Notes under the pieces: model-generated
Seen by the model: the letters and a program-made list of their open reading frames with translations, nothing else
The model's database searches: none
What the model was told of the DNA's origin: nothing
Part shown: piece after piece, positions 11,811 to 27,428 of the stretch
Layout: every line of letters starts with the position of its first letter
Position numbering within the stretch: position 1 is the stretch's first letter
Translations under genes and position numbers: made by a program
From: Haliotis rufescens
Taxonomy: Eukaryota
Length of the DNA stretch: 64,000 nt
Assembly (NCBI RefSeq): GCF_023055435.1
Contig: NW_025963779.1
Span: forward strand, 70,866,001 to 70,930,000
Direction: 5' to 3'

Positions 11811-14800
11811 TTTGTTTAAAGCCACATAACTTTGTTTCATATGTTGAGTTGTGTGTTGAGATGTTTTATTTTCCGTCATTTGCATATCCTTTAAATTGTA
11901 TATTATTCCTGTTTTAATAAATATACAAATGTGTATATCACCCAGTTCAACTCACTGGAGCGTATTGGTTCATGTACAGTCAGTCGTCAGACCGCCTTCA
12001 GTCAATCATTTGAATAATAAACTCTCCCACTGCGATCTCTGTCCCACTGACACGCAATGGTATTATTTAGATAGTATTCACAATTGCGTAAAATCCTATG
12101 TGTATGTTGACATGAAAAGTAGTGTTGACAAAGTGCTTAGACAATGTACGCAAGTCACAACCTGTCCCAAGTGCAGACCTCAGACCTTTCGACGTAGTGA
12201 GGTTAGCGATTCATGACAATTTTAATATTCTGTACAAACAATAAAAGAACTAGGGACCGCGACGTGGGTCTATGCGGCTTTTTGCTGTCGAGGTGAGTAA
12301 GTGAATTTTACGTCGCCTGTTTGCAATATTTTAGCTATATGACGACGGGGCCAACAGAAGTGGACTTCTCATATTGTACCCATGTGTGGACTTGGAACCG
12401 GGTCCTCGGCGTGAGGAGCGAACGCCTTAACCAGTAGGCTACGCCACCACCTTACAAGCGATTGAGATTGATGTGACTTTTAAGATATGGAAGCGTACGT
12501 AAATTAAGTACACATACGTCTCAGATTCTTAAAAAGTATCAACGGACTCGACAATGAATTTAACTTTCAAAATAAAACGGTTTTTTTCAAAAGGGATTCA
12601 TTATCTACAATTACTCGTAGCCGAGGTCTTATGCACAGCGTCATGAGCTAATGAAAATAACATTTTGACTTCCACCCAAAAGGTGTCAAATGTGAATATA
12701 TGGTCATACGTTATTGATATATTCAAAAGAAGTTTACCTTCAACAAAACTGCCTACGTGGTATGTTGATGGTAAACTTGTGTCATCCATATCAACCGTTA
12801 TATCGGACAAAGAAAACTGAAAACCATTTCCAGTTGCATGCATGGTAGTTATTTTAAACAAGAAACAATGACTAATATGTTACTTGGTTATTCACCAAAG
12901 TGGTAAACTTCTAGGACCTGCATCACTTTAGGTTTCCTACAACATCAACCTGATACCCCCAACATAACTAAAATACTGTGTAAAGCGGCGTCAAACAGAA
13001 CATTTAATCCCTTACGTGTAATACAATCTGCTCACAATATCAACGTTTTAATGTCAATTCAGTGCTCGAAGTAGAGTCACAAGAAAATGATCAGGTTACG
13101 GAATAGTATTTGCCTTTATATACGCCTGAGTGAGTGAGTGATTATGGTTGTACGCCGCTTTTAGCAATATTCCAGCAATATAACGGCGGGGGACACCAGA
13201 ATTAGGCTTCACACATTGTACCCATGTCGGGAATCTAACCCGGGTCTACTGCGTGACGAGCGAACGCTTTAACCACTAGGCTTCCCTATATACGTTTGAA
13301 GGAGCGCTTTCTGGAAAAAAACAACACATTCTTCAAAATGATTGCTGAAGATCTTTTCAAACCCTGTTGTCCACGTGTAGGAACACAAATTGAGTTGGCA
13401 AGACAACTTGCCAGTTATTTTAAAAAAATGGTTATGATAGATGGAATGTTAAACCATTTATTAATTTATTTCTCTGTAGTCATTCTATGAAAAACGAAAA
13501 TACAGAATGAAACATAAACATGTCCATTTTCCAAATACATAGGAGTCATTGTACTCATTGATAGCAAAGCCTACTCAAATAACAACTGCCTTATTTTCAT
13601 AGTTTTTTATCATAATATTTACACTCAGATCCAAATATGGTATATTACAAATCTGAATTATCAGCATGTATTTCTCAATGAACATTGACCACAATCGAAT
13701 TTGCAATAAATCAAAGCGACAAAACCCTTTCCATATTCAAAAGAAATCTCTGCCAAGAGTCGATTGTACGATTCCGACTGCATCATGAGCACGTGAGTAT
13801 TAATTACTATCAAATAGTGATGATACTAGGTGTTCGCGAAAAGGTGGGCGTATTCTGCCCCACCGGTTGCACCATTTACAAATACGTTCAAAGGGAAGTC
13901 AACCTGAGAAAAGCGAACGAACATATGGTACAAATCAAAATCAGAAATTGCACTGGACATCATATTTGACACTGATGCGTCAAATTTGGAAATGTACTCC
14001 ATATAACTACCACAAAACATTTTGAAAGCTTTACTGAGGATTTGAAGAAATCACACAAAGGCGTGTTGTTTTGAAAGGTGAAATAAGGCACTGTAATAAT
14101 GTACACGTTAATGATAGAAACAATATTATATATACACATATAAGAACGAAATTGACATAGGGCAATATATTTCCATGACTAGTTTTAACATAACGTTCCA
14201 ACTACTATTTCGCGATTATCCGATTATAAGGATAAGGATTTCTGTATGAACCTCCTTTGACTCAAGTCAGTAGTCATGTGAAGATCGTGTGCCAAGAGGA
14301 AACGATTCTAATACCTCGGAATATGTCCCCATTACTGAATTTCCCCATTGTTTCTAATAATGTCAGTAACATTCACAATGCTAATGATCTACAACGTAGT
14401 TGTAAAAACTCATCAGTCCGTGCAGAGGTTCCCTTAAGTCTGTTATAAGATCAGGAAATGTACAAGAAATGTGATAAGTGTAATAAAAAATGAGGACCTT
14501 AAAATCAGTATGTGTCACCCGATGGTGAGTTCTGGAGGAAACCTGTTCCCAGTTCCTCATGTCTGCCATGCAAGGTGTGACCTGACTGATTGTGTAGCAT
14601 CGTACCCGTCGCCTCGGGTCGTGACACACGCTATCATCCAGCCGTTGACTCAGTGACATTCATCTATTTACAGGTCTACGTGATATAGCCCGTAGTTTAA
14701 CATACCATTCACTCCGTTCACTCAGTACAAGCTTTCATAAAGACAAATACTTACACAATCACATGTATAAAACAATACCTTTACATCTACAGATTGAGTA

Positions 14801-17800
14801 ACTTTAATGCGTTGTCTCTGTGTTGCGAGGAACTAAAAAACTGGCAATTCATACAAATGGTCATCGTGCTCCTCAGTTGACTGTTCAGTGGGGTTACTCA
14901 TGTACCACATTTGAATGCACTCATCAGCTTGGGAAGGATAAGCACGGGAGGGTGGAGCAGGGGTTTGTCCCATAGTGCTTATATTAAGTAGGCGGGGCAA
15001 TGGTCTGTGGCCGCGCGGAAGATCTTGGGTCGCCTGGCCATATCGACTGTGTCGTATTGATCGATGCTCTGCTGTCGAGTACGTCGCTTTCGTCTGTTAA
15101 AGATAAAACCAAAATAAAACATTTCCATAAACATAATACATATCTGTTAAAGGCAGACTCCGTCGTACTATTCCGACTACATCATAATCGATTCTGTCTT
15201 TATGAATCACTATCGATTGGTAATGATTCTAGATATTCGCGATAACATAAAAAGATAAAAATGCAAAGACAAGTGAAATGTTCAACAGAACAAACACGGA
15301 AATATATTTATGGTACAAGTCAAAAAATAAAAAGGGGAATGCGTCAAATTTGGAAATGTCCTCCATATGACACTCCTTAAAGCCTTACAATGGCTTTGAA
15401 TGGTGTACCCTTGATGAAATAACCTCTGAGCAAGAGTCGTATGACGCTCTTTGAAATTTTGGAAGAAAGAGCATGCTCGATTGTGTATGTATAAATCTAA
15501 TGGACACCAGCTTGCACTGACATATATAGAGACAATACACTTCCAAAACTAGTGCTTAAACAATTATGTTTATCTTTGCTCAGTTAGCATATTATCAGGT
15601 GGATTTGTGTAGATGGATTATAAATATCAAAATTAGGGAAGTGGTAATATATTTAAAACGGATGCTATAAATGCTATAAATATATATTTGGTGATTATCT
15701 GGTTCTAAAAGATACCCCTACACACACACCTCTGTGTTATATCAGATCCGATTCCGATCGATTCCTCAATGAACATTCCCAAGCGCTTATTGGTTGGTAT
15801 ACCACAAATCATAAACACAAAGATATATAAGATTCAAACGACGATCAGCATCAAATACTATCAGAAAATGTTAATGAATGGGTAACGTACATACATGCTG
15901 GTTTATTAAACCCTACATCAAACCACAATGTAATCAGCTAAATACGAACTATACCAAAGCTCTATCAATGTAATATCCAGCACATAGTTTGTACTCCGCT
16001 ATATCCCCTTACATTAGTTGATAAGAGTGTAATTTTACCTTTTATCGTTACACCTTAAATTTGAATATTATAGCTTGTTTGTTGTTCAACGCCGCACTAA
16101 ACAATGTTGCACGTGTATGACGGCTGCTCGTACATAATCAGGCCATTACCAGGTAAATCAGAGATTGATATTGTCAGCAACGATCCACACGGTCGAGGTG
16201 CGATGGTACGCAATCAACACGAGACACGGTGTACATGATATCCCTTCTTAGTGTTATTGTTATTAATTCATATACAATTTGTGAACTTTTTGTTGACGCT
16301 GTCCATAAAATAACAGATTTGTCATGAAGTAAATCAGCGATCCTACCCACACAGCCACCGAGGCTTTCACAAAAATGCTTTCGGCCATGGGAGCTGTGCC
16401 AATTTACACTTGTCAGAGGGGTACACAAAATACGTGATCTGGACTACCAGTTGTCGGATTTTCATTTTTGTGAAAGCCTCGGTGGCTGTGTGGGCTTGAT
16501 CGCTGACTTTGTGTGCTGGCGATTAGTTGCCTCAGTCTGGCAGTGTCGGTTCGAATCCCGGAATCGAGAATCTGTACTTTAATAAGAAAGGTTTATCCCA
16601 AATATAACATTTGTTACATTTGACCACTTTCTAAATGACATTGTGTGTTCATAGCTTTCTGCCATTGGAGCCGTGCCGTTTAACACTTGTCAGAGGGGTA
16701 CACAAAGTACGTGATCTAGACTCCCAGTTTACAGACTTTCATTTTTGTGGGTTAGATCGCTGACTTCGTGTGTCGGCGATTGGGTGCCCTTATGACCTAC
16801 TATTTTGATGTTTTTAAGCATTGCTACAATTATCATCACCTTCAAAAACATTAACATAATCGACTACCATTTCTCAATAAGCAGTTTTCGTCAAAATTGT
16901 TCTTTTGGGTGTGGGGGTATTTCGTTTTCTGTATGGAATAGAACAGGCACTCTGTGATATACAGTTATAGTGGTTTTATTGTCATAATTCAATGGTATTA
17001 GTGTTTTACCTTCTCACAAGTTTTGAAAATGAAGTTAAAAAAAACATCATTTTTATCAATGTTTTGACTGTGAACTAGAATAACTTTTAAAATGAAACAA
17101 AATGTTTGCCAAATTCAAATAACCTAACATATTGCCTGTTATCGAAAACATAGTTTGGATAGTTTGATGACTTAACAACAAATATGTTACAGCCAATTTT
17201 GCCAAGTTATACATTGTCCCTTCAGTTTATGCAATTTTGACCCCCTGAAAATCAATGCACACACTTGCAAGCTCACCCCCCAATGAAAGGTGTGTACAGT
17301 TACCTCCTTTATGAAATAGAAAAGGTTGTAGGTATACAGGAAAAGTGGGAACGACAGTCCAGCTGACTATTCAAGATGGCGGCCATCTTGAATTCAAGAT
17401 GGCCGACAACAACTAAATGTTCAAAAATAATTTGTATTTAATCAAATAAGGCTTTTTGAGACATGAAAATACTGATAAGAATGAAGACAAAAGCATATTT
17501 TAACATGTACTTTCTCGCCATGACAACAGCCTGCTGTCGTTTGTGTAAAAAAAGACAACAGACCCCACCCCCAAAATTGTGCAAAAGAAATATATTTGTC
17601 CAATCTTTATTTTCTTTGGGTTTATTCTATGGTGACCAGTAAGTAACACCCTTCTGGTGAGTTTAAACAAAAAATTGACCAGTTATCAGAAATGTCCAAG
17701 TCCAATGCAATTTCTACTGGACTGAGATGACATTTGCTTTCATTTTTGACAAAACACGTGTTAATCACATTCAAAGGTATTTCATGTTGAACTTTGAACA

Positions 17801-19059
17801 AGTGCTGTTAATGTACATAAGATGAGAAGGTCACATGACATTACCTGGAAAGTACGACTGCGGCAACAATTATGGCGATGATGACAAGTAGGACAACAAC
17901 CCCAGCTGACGCTCCAATAACTCCAACTGAAATAATGGTCGTGTTTTGGTTAATGCATGGTTCGCTGGAAGCTCGTGGGATTGATATGAATACCTTCACA
18001 TCTTTACTTGTAATGAGATACAAATATGCTCATTGGTGATACTTTTTTGAATGAAATGGCCAATAAATTGTGACGTTCAATTATGTCTCTGTCACTTAAT
18101 CTTATCTGCTTATAACCACACAATGTCATTTACTTAGTAATACATTCGTTGCATTTCCCCCGAGAAAACATGTTTTTATTTGAAGACTGGTTACATTTAA
18201 AGGTTGGATGAACTCGGACGATGTAAACATAAGTGTTTATACATCTCTTACTTAGAAGAGATGTGTTGTTTGTCTCAGCCCCGGTTTCACCTTCATCTGG
18301 AATGCCAAGAGCAAGAAGGAAATTGATACATCCTAAATTCCTATCCATGAAAGAACGTATTAAAATCTGCATTCTCTATTACTGTAAGGGCAAGATCACA
18401 CAAAAACGTAATTATCCGTGAAGCTATTAACCTGAGAGATAACATATCATTTATTACCTATCAAAAGTATAAGAAATTGATTCTGAATACGTCTTTTATC
18501 AACTTCCTCATAAAGATGTATTTGGCGGCAACTGCTTGATTCTTAAATGTATTTTCCGAATATTTTGTAGTTGGTTTTGTTTGTTTGGTTTGTTGTTTAA
18601 CACCGCACCCAGTAATATTCCAGCTATATGACGACGGTCTGGACAAGACAATCCAGTCATTGATTTCATGAGCATCGACTAGGATCCATGGCATGCATCA
18701 ATCAAGTCAGCGAGCCTGACCACCCGATCCCGTCAGTCGCCTCTTCAAGGAGGGTATATATTTTATATGTTTTCCTTTAGTTTATGTTCAGATGGTTTAA
18801 AAAACAAAATGGTCAGTGGTCAAGTTGTAGGTGAACCCTAAAGAATAATCATATAGGTGGAACTGTTAACTACTGAACTGCTATTCAATATCCTTTCCTG
18901 TTCACAAATATTTGATTGCTTCTCAAAATAGAAATACGAATTGACAGGATGATTAAAGACACAACATATATTATACAATTATATATTCACACGAGGTATT
19001 CTGATCAAGAGCATTCCTTTACTTACGACGAACAGTGTTATATTTCCGGAACAATATGG

Positions 19060-22000
19060 AGGCGGGTGGAATAACGGCTTCCATAGTCGCCTTCTATTTT
19101 ACCTTCCTTTAGTAATACCAATGACTGTTTTGAATCATCGTACCCTCGTCACATTTAGCGCATCTCCATCCCTGTTGACAACCTTCCGGACATTGACCAG
19201 TCAACTGATGACACACACTTCCTGTTTTGCAGTGGGAGCAAAGTGATAGACATCCTGCTCCGTGTGTGCCAGGAATACAAGCTAGAAATTGAAAAGGCAT
19301 TTGTCAATAACATACATTTGCAATAAGTTCTATACTTTACTTTCTACAATTTGATTTGTTTCAAATGTGTATTCCCAAGTTTCAAAAGTGTTTATAAATG
19401 CATTTTACATGATGAAAATGTAGGAATTCAGTGAATCCAATTTGTAATGGCAAAGATCTAAAAAAAATTGAAGATTTTGACGAAAGTGTGAAACATTGAT
19501 CGCCTAAATATCTATTTCTCTGACGTATTTACGTTCATATAATTTTCAAAGCCATTCTTTCAAGGGCATGACCTTCAGTATTACATTGACACGAGTTACC
19601 AGCATCCCTTAAAGGGCTATAAAGGCCTAATATTTCTTTCTTGGGTTGTCAAAGTCAAGATTGTTTAAAAAGCAAAATGCAGAAGCGGCCACGGTCAAGT
19701 TCTAATCACTTAACTGCTCAATCTTCTCAGACATCATCGCTTACTACCCAGAGAAACTTACGTACAGAGTACGGGTTAACAGGATAATTTGTGATGCTTC
19801 AGAAATTATGGAATTTTGTATTTTACAATTTTATTTGCAAAGTACAAATGTGTTGTCACTAAGAAAACATGCAGAAGCATTCCGATCATGGGATTCTTTT
19901 ACGTTTTACATTTATTCTTCTGGAACAAAACAGTGTGGATTAACGGGTTCCATAGTCGTCTTCTATTTTACCTTCCCTCAGTAATACCAATGAGTGAACG
20001 TACCCTCGTCACATTTAGCTCCCCTCCATCCCTGTTGACAACCTTCCGGACATTGACCAGTCACCTGATGACACACACTTCCTGTTTTGCAGTGGGAGCA
20101 AAGTGATAGACATCCTGCTCCGTGTGTGCCAGGAATACAAGCTAGAAATTGAAAAGGCATTTGTCAATAACATACATTTGCAATAAGTTCTATACTTTAC
20201 TTTCTACAATTTGATTTGTTTCAAATGTGTATTCCCAAGTTTCAAAAGTGTTTATAAATGCATGTTACATTATGAAAATGTAGGAATTCAGTGAATCCAA
20301 TTTGTAATGGCAAAGATCTAAAAAAATTTGAAGATTTTGACGAAAGTGTGAAACATTGATCGCCTAAATATCTATTTCTCTGACGTATTTACGTTCATAT
20401 AATTTTCAAAGCCATTCTTTCAAGGGCATGACCTTCAGTATTACATTGACACGAGTTACCAGCATCCCTTAAAGGGCTATAAAGGCCTAATATTTCTTTC
20501 TTGGGTTGTCAAAGTCAAGATTGTTTAAAAAGCAAAATGCAGAAGCGGCCACGGTCAAGTTCTAATCACTTAACTGCTCAATCTTCTCAGACATCATCGC
20601 TTACTACCCAGAGAAACTTACGTACAGAGTACGGGTTAACAGGATAATTTGTGATGCTTCAGAAATTATGGAATTTTGTATTTTACAATTTTATTTGCAA
20701 AGTACAAATGTGTTGTCACTAAGAAAACATGCAGAAGCATTCCGATCATGAGGATTCTTTTACGTTTTACATTTATTCTTCTGGAACAAAACAGTGTGGA
20801 TTAACGGGTTCCATAGTCGTCTTCTATTTTACCTTCCCTCAGTAATACCAATGAGTGAACGTACCCTCGTCACATTTAGCTCCCCTCCATCCCTGTTGAC
20901 AACCTTCCGGACATTGACCAGTCACCTGATGACACACACTTCCTGTTTTGCAGTTGGAGCAAAGTGATAGACATCCTGCTCCGTGTGTGCCAGGAATACA
21001 AGCTAGAAATTGAAAAGGCATTTGTCAATAACATACATTTGCAATAAGTTCTATACTTTACTTTCTACAATTTGATTTGTTTCAAATGTGTATTCCCAAG
21101 TTTCAAAAGTGTTTATAAATGCATGTTACATTATGAAAATGTAGGAATTCAGTGAATCCAATTTGTAATGGCAAAGATCTAAAAAAATTTGAAGATTTTG
21201 ACGAAAGTGTGAAACATTGATCGCCTAAATATCTATTTCTCTGACGTATTTACGTTCATATAATTTTCAAAGCCATTCTTTCAAGGGCATGACCTTCAGT
21301 ATTACATTGACACGAGTTACCAGCATCCCTTAAAGGGCTATAAAGGCCTAATATTTCTTTCTTGGGTTGTCAAAGTCAAGATTGTTTAAAAAGCAAAATG
21401 CAGAAGCGGCCACGGTCAAGTTCTAATCACTTAACTGCTCAATCTTCTCAGACATCATCGCTTACCACCCAGAGAAACTTACGTACAGAGTACGGGTTAA
21501 CAGGATAATTTGTGATGCTTCAGAAATTATGGAATTTTGTATTTTACAATTTTATTTGCAAAGTACAAATGTGTTGTCACTAAGAAAACATGCAGAAGCA
21601 TTCCGATCATGGGATTCTTTTACGTTTTACATTTATTCTTCTGAAAAAAACAGTGTGGATTAACGGGTTCCATAGTCGTCTTCTATTTTACCTTCCCTCA
21701 GTAATACCAATGAGTGAACGTACCCTCGTCACATTTAGCTCCCCTCCATCCCTGTTGACAACCTTCCGGACATTGACCAGTCACCTGATGACACACACTT
21801 CCTGTTTTGCAGTGGGAGCAAAGTGATAGACATCCTGCTCCGTGTGTGCCAGGAATACAAGCTAGAAATTGAAAAGGCATTTGTCAATAACATACATTTG
21901 CAATAAGTTCTATACTTTACTTTCTACAATTTGATTTGTTTCAAATGTGTATTCCCAAGTTTCAAAAGTGTTTATAAATGCATTTTACATGATGAAAATG

Positions 22001-22760
22001 TAGGAATTCAGTGAATCCAATTTGTAATGGCAAAGATCTAAAAAAAAATTCATTTTGAAGATTTTGACGAAAGTGTGAAACATTGATCGCCTAAATATCT
22101 ATTTCTCTGACGTGTTTACGCTCATATAATTTTCAAAGCTATTCTTTCAAGGGCATGACCATCAGTATTACATTGACACGAGTTACCAGCATCCCTTAAA
22201 GGGCTATAAAGGCCTAATATTTCTTTCTTGGGTTGTCAAAGTCAAGATTGTTTAAAAAGCAAAATGCAGAAGCGGCCACGGTCAAGTTCTAATCACTTAA
22301 CTGCTCAATCTTCTCAGACATCATCGCTTACCACCCAGAGAAAGTTACGTACAGAGTACGGATTAACAGGATAATTTGTGATGCTTCAGAAATTATGGAA
22401 TATTGTATTTTACAATTTTATTTGCAAAGTAAAAATGTGTTTTCACTAAGAAAACATGCAGAAGCATTCCGATCATGAGGATTCTTTTCCATTTGAAAAA
22501 CAGTGTCAGTTATTCTTCTGGAACAAAAAAAGAAGCGTGTGGATTAACGGGTTCCATAGTCGTCTTCTATTTTACCTTCCCTCAGTAATACCAATGACTG
22601 TTTTGAGTGAACGTACCCTCGTCACATTTAGCTCCCCTCCATCCCTGTTGACAACCTTCCGGGCATCGACCAGTCACCCGATGACACACACTTCCTGTTT
22701 TGCAGTGGGAGCAAAGTGATAGACATCCTGCGCCGTGTGTTCCAGGTGTGCACGCTACAA
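19060..22760 (-). repeat. Tandem array of ~860-bp exon+intron units, each with a 138-nt phase-1 EGF-like exon (5 exon copies)
   Basis: Exons at 19144-19281, 20004-20141, 20865-21002, 21724-21861 and 22617-22754 (CIPGTHGAGCLSLCSHCKTGSVCHQVTGQCPEGCQQGWRGAKCDE). Spacing 860/861/859/893 bp, introns nearly identical. Confidence 0.95.
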
Positions 22761-24555
22761 ATAGATACATTATTTATCAAAAGCATAGCGTGAAGAACCC
22801 TTACATTTACTTTTGATATCATCAACACGTTCTATACTTAACAAGGATATGTCAAATCTTTGTTCTTTTTAAATTTGATGTTTCATATGGTCATTCCCAA
22901 GTCCACTGTTTATAAATGCATGTTACATTATGACATGGTAGAATTTAGTTATTTGAATTTGAAATTGAACACATTTTTTATTTATTTGAAGACTTTAACT
23001 AAACGAAAATACAAATCACTCAAATATTTTGTTTACCTACGTGTTTTACACAGAGACCCACTCCAGCCTTCTTGGCATCCAACTGAGCAGAGCCCTGAGA
23101 TCTTGTCACAAGGAACACCACCAGCACACTGACCGCATGGTTCACAAGAGCTGTGAGTATTTGGGAGACATGCTGAATTGACATACATAAATACTTTCAG
23201 ATGATTGATCATAATGTGAAAGTTGCATATACTTAGTTTGTGCAGTGCACCTTTTCCCGAGCAGTCCTAAAAGATAAAATGTGAAGAAATAATGTTATAA
23301 ATAATAAATTTGATTATTATACATTAAAGGGCAAGTTCACACGGAAATGAACCTATTTTTCTTGTACTTTTTCCACATTAAAAGTGTTAACCTAGTAGTG
23401 TCATAGACAAAAATATAAAAATATCACAATTAATTAACTTATGTTTTGCATTAAAACGATTTATATTTTTCACATTTACCAAGTGTTCTATTTTCATAAC
23501 AAAAACACCATGGCTTATGCCCCATTGTAGCTACAGGAATAAGACTTCATGTTTTAAGATTGATTTGTATTTTCGGAAACTGGAAGCCTGTCACGAAACC
23601 CGAAGAGCATGTAACTTTCTCATTAACGTTGTTAGAAGCATAGGGTATTTCTGTTTTAAAGTCGCACTTATATATACTTTCATCGGATATGCATTGAACC
23701 TTCTTAATAATGCAGCAATAGGCATGAGAATTGATTGTATTGTATTTTCCGAAAAGCCCTGTCCTTAAACCGGAAGAACATATAACTTTCTCTTTAACGT
23801 TGTGTTCGCGGCATAGGACGTTCTGTTTTAAAGTGGCACTTTGCAAAACGTATATATCCCGGGGGTGCATGTAACTTTGTTGATAATGTTGTTACCGACA
23901 TGATACTTTCTGTTTTTAAGTTGTTTTGCATTAAACATGTGTATTACCAAACCGGAAGTGATATCATTAGGTAATGGTAGCACACCGGAAGTAAATGGCG
24001 GTATGAAAAGTTTCCAGGGAATTATTTTAGAAATGTGGATGCAAAAACGTTACTAGTTGTATCGTACCATCTCTGCAGTAGGCTCCCAGGTAACCAGGGC
24101 TACATCCACTCATACACAGTCCAGTGGTCTTCTCACAGACGGATCTTTCCCTACAGTTCCCGCATGGTCTACAGTCTGCCCCAAACCGACCCGCAGGACA
24201 CGCTACAACACTCGTAGTATTAGTTAATATTGTACAGAGAACATACAGAACGTATCAAAACCACTTTAATAGTTGATATATCAACACCGCAGTCCGCAAT
24301 ATTCCAGGTTTATCGCGGTGTCACCCTTCAATGCTACCTTGGTACAAGGACACCTTCGCAGCCAAGTCTAAGATCCTGGCCAATCGGTTCCAACTGTTCC
24401 AATTCTAATTTCGGATTGACAAGCATCAGGTACTAGTGACCTTGAATCGCCACCATAAGGACAACTTCCCTTTGGCCAATTAGTTAGTCCAGCTGTCAGA
24501 AGCACATACGTGTACCTGTTCCTAATTATTCAGTAGGCACTGGAATATATCCCAA

Positions 24556-24728
24556 NNNNNNNNNNNNNNNNNNNNNNNNNNNNNNNNNNNNNNNNNNNNN
24601 NNNNNNNNNNNNNNNNNNNNNNNNNNNNNNNNNNNNNNNNNNNNNNNNNNNNNNNNNNNNNNNNNNNNNNNNNNNNNNNNNNNNNNNNNNNNNNNNNNNN
24701 NNNNNNNNNNNNNNNNNNNNNNNNNNNN
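24556..24728. other. Assembly gap (N run)
   Basis: Run of N. Confidence 1.
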
Positions 24729-27428
24729 ACTAACACTAACACACACTAACACTAACACACACAGATCGACAGTTTAGAGTTCTGTATATTTTTTGTAGTT
24801 CTAGTTATGTCGTTATTATTTTCATTTTTTAAGCCATTGCATGGTGATTCCGGTTTAGAATAGTTATCAACCTAATCAACATATGCTGATCGTAAGAAGC
24901 GACTTAGTGGATCGAGTGGTCAGCCTCGGTGACGTGGTTGGTTAGATTTAATCGTGACCCAACGGCATGGGTCGTTGTTCTTGTTATCAGTCACTGCATT
25001 TTCTGGTCAAACACGATTATTAACAGGTTGCCGTCATATTGCTGGAATACAGCTTAGTGTTGCGGTAAACAACTACTTTTTCATTAATTAAAGAAGCACA
25101 GTGACATGTCCAGGGTTACCACGTGTCCTAAGAATTTTTTCATCCGTTTATTCTGCCGAGAAATGTACCCATAAAAGGTAAATTATAATATCCAATATCT
25201 TCCAAACTGTGAGGAAAAACCTTCCAGGGAACAGATTAACTTTAAAGATAGCGCAACTACTTCGCTATACAGTGTAAAACTATGAGTTTTAGCATCCGCT
25301 ATTCGTAAACAGAAATTTGGTAAATAAACGCATACACAGTGAAAAAAGACCGTACCTTTGTAGAAAGTTCAGAACTTTAGTGAAACATCGCGTCCAGGGC
25401 GAATAATGTTTTAATATAATATATCATTATGTGACATTACCATCTAACCATAACTCCTTTATCCGGAATTTTTTTGTGACTGTGAACGATTTTTCTGGAA
25501 TGGTACCGTCCGGATTAGTCGAGTTTCTATGTAGATCTACCCTATTTTTGTACCGTACAAGTACCAGTCAGACAAGACAATAAGCTGATGTATATGTCCA
25601 ACTGTTCACACAAGCTTTTCCAAGGACTAATATGGCTCTCCTTTAACTCATTTGAAACTAGAGAAAAGATAAATATGCTTGCGCAAGCTGTCATATATTA
25701 CCGGAATAGTTCCTGTTTGAGAAGACATAGATGTCTATAGCATGCGTGATACCTTTCGACGCCAATACGCTTGTGCTACCTCCCGTTGACGGCAAGATGA
25801 TAATACCCCTGAAAAGATGACCATATTAATTAATTATTTATTGATGATTGAAGTCTTAATTGACGTTTCTCCGGTTTCATTTAATAATACACGAACAATA
25901 ACATTGATCCCCTAGATCATACTCCAATTGTCATACATTACATGGTGAGGATTTGCAAGGAGGAATAGGTTCCTCAAGCTCTGTATCGTACACTGTATGC
26001 TTCTAAGAGGCGACTAAAGAGGATCGGTGGTCAGATTCCGTGACTAAGCTGATTATGTATCATCATGACCCAATAAGCCATGGTTTGACACTGACCAAGA
26101 CTCGATTGGATATAGTTACAGGGCGCAGTGGTATTGCTGACCAAGGCAAAAAACAACAGCATTAAGCGGACCCGGGACGTTGAAGTAAATGTAAAGTTAC
26201 CTTCCATTCAAGTAGGTGAAGTAGAGCACTCTTTCTCGAAAGAAAATATTTAGGTAGGTTTTTCCAGGATCATGCAGCAGAGGTTTTCTCTGTGAACCAT
26301 TGATTCTACTCTGTCTGTCCTGCCGTCACACCAAAAGAGGATTCCATCTTCAGGTGTACAGAATAACATAAATTGTGTGTAACTTAATAATGTAAATCAA
26401 AACAACTTTAATTTATGTTGATAAATGGTATGCAAAATTGCTGTGGGTATTCTCTAGTTTAGATTTACATCGGTTCTTGTAATACTCCTTCAATATAACT
26501 GTAGTGGACACATAGAATAAGCTTCACACATTGTCGAAACCGGGTTTTCGGCGTGACAAGTAAACGCTCTAACCTTGCAACCACTCCCACTGCGCACCAA
26601 AATCACGAGACGACTCCACATTTTTTTTAAATTCAAAGCTTTTGAATAATATAGATGTTCCCCTGAATTCAAATTAGTGAGCGAAAAAATGAATAACGGT
26701 TCAGTATATGGTAGGAAACTTCCAGAATAAGGTGTTTGACCACATGTCCGGACAATTATATAGCTGCTATAGAAGTAGTTACATTAACATTATTTCAAAT
26801 ATCTATCTTATTTAGTCCCCTTATTATAGCCACGGTCTGTCTTTTCGCGAACACCTGGTGTCATCACTGATTTTCAGTCATCCACTCATATACTTATCAG
26901 CGCAATTTTGCCTTTTACGCCCAACAGAATCTGTTTCGGCGGTTAATCGAGACTGGTTATTCTCTGGTGATGACGCTCTATATTGACATAACCCATGATT
27001 GGTCACATGATCTCACCCTTTTTATCAATTGTCAGCGTTCGGCCATCCAAGGCCTGTAATGACGATCTTTTTAATGTTTGTACCGTCATAATCAGCTGAT
27101 GCTATATAGGGGTAAAGCCCCCCGTCAGTCCAGTACATCTTCCTGAAAAGAAGTTTTATAACCTTGTAAAAATTGTGTTTTCAAAGATTTTCATAACTGA
27201 TCCTGGTGCTATTTCGTAATGGGATACTCCCCTGTTGGTCCAAATAATTGTGGTTAATTGAGTTATGTGTGGAAATGATCTTTGTTCTTGCACACTCTAT
27301 GCATTGTAAGAATACAAACATTCAAATGGTTAACGTCAATAATGCACACCTGTTTTCCTCGTGTAGAACAATGGCTCTGGGTTTGTCAAGCCCATTGTTT
27401 ATGACAGTCACACAATTGGTCCCATTTA

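Noticed and set aside
17225-17722. Possible DNA transposon with AAGATGGCGGCCATCTT palindromes; also a TTAAAGGG start at ~23325
   Set aside because: Only one plausible terminus found in each case, so TIR pair and TSD could not be established.
24522-24758. ORFs spanning N runs (also 33732-34142)
   Set aside because: Artefacts of assembly gaps.
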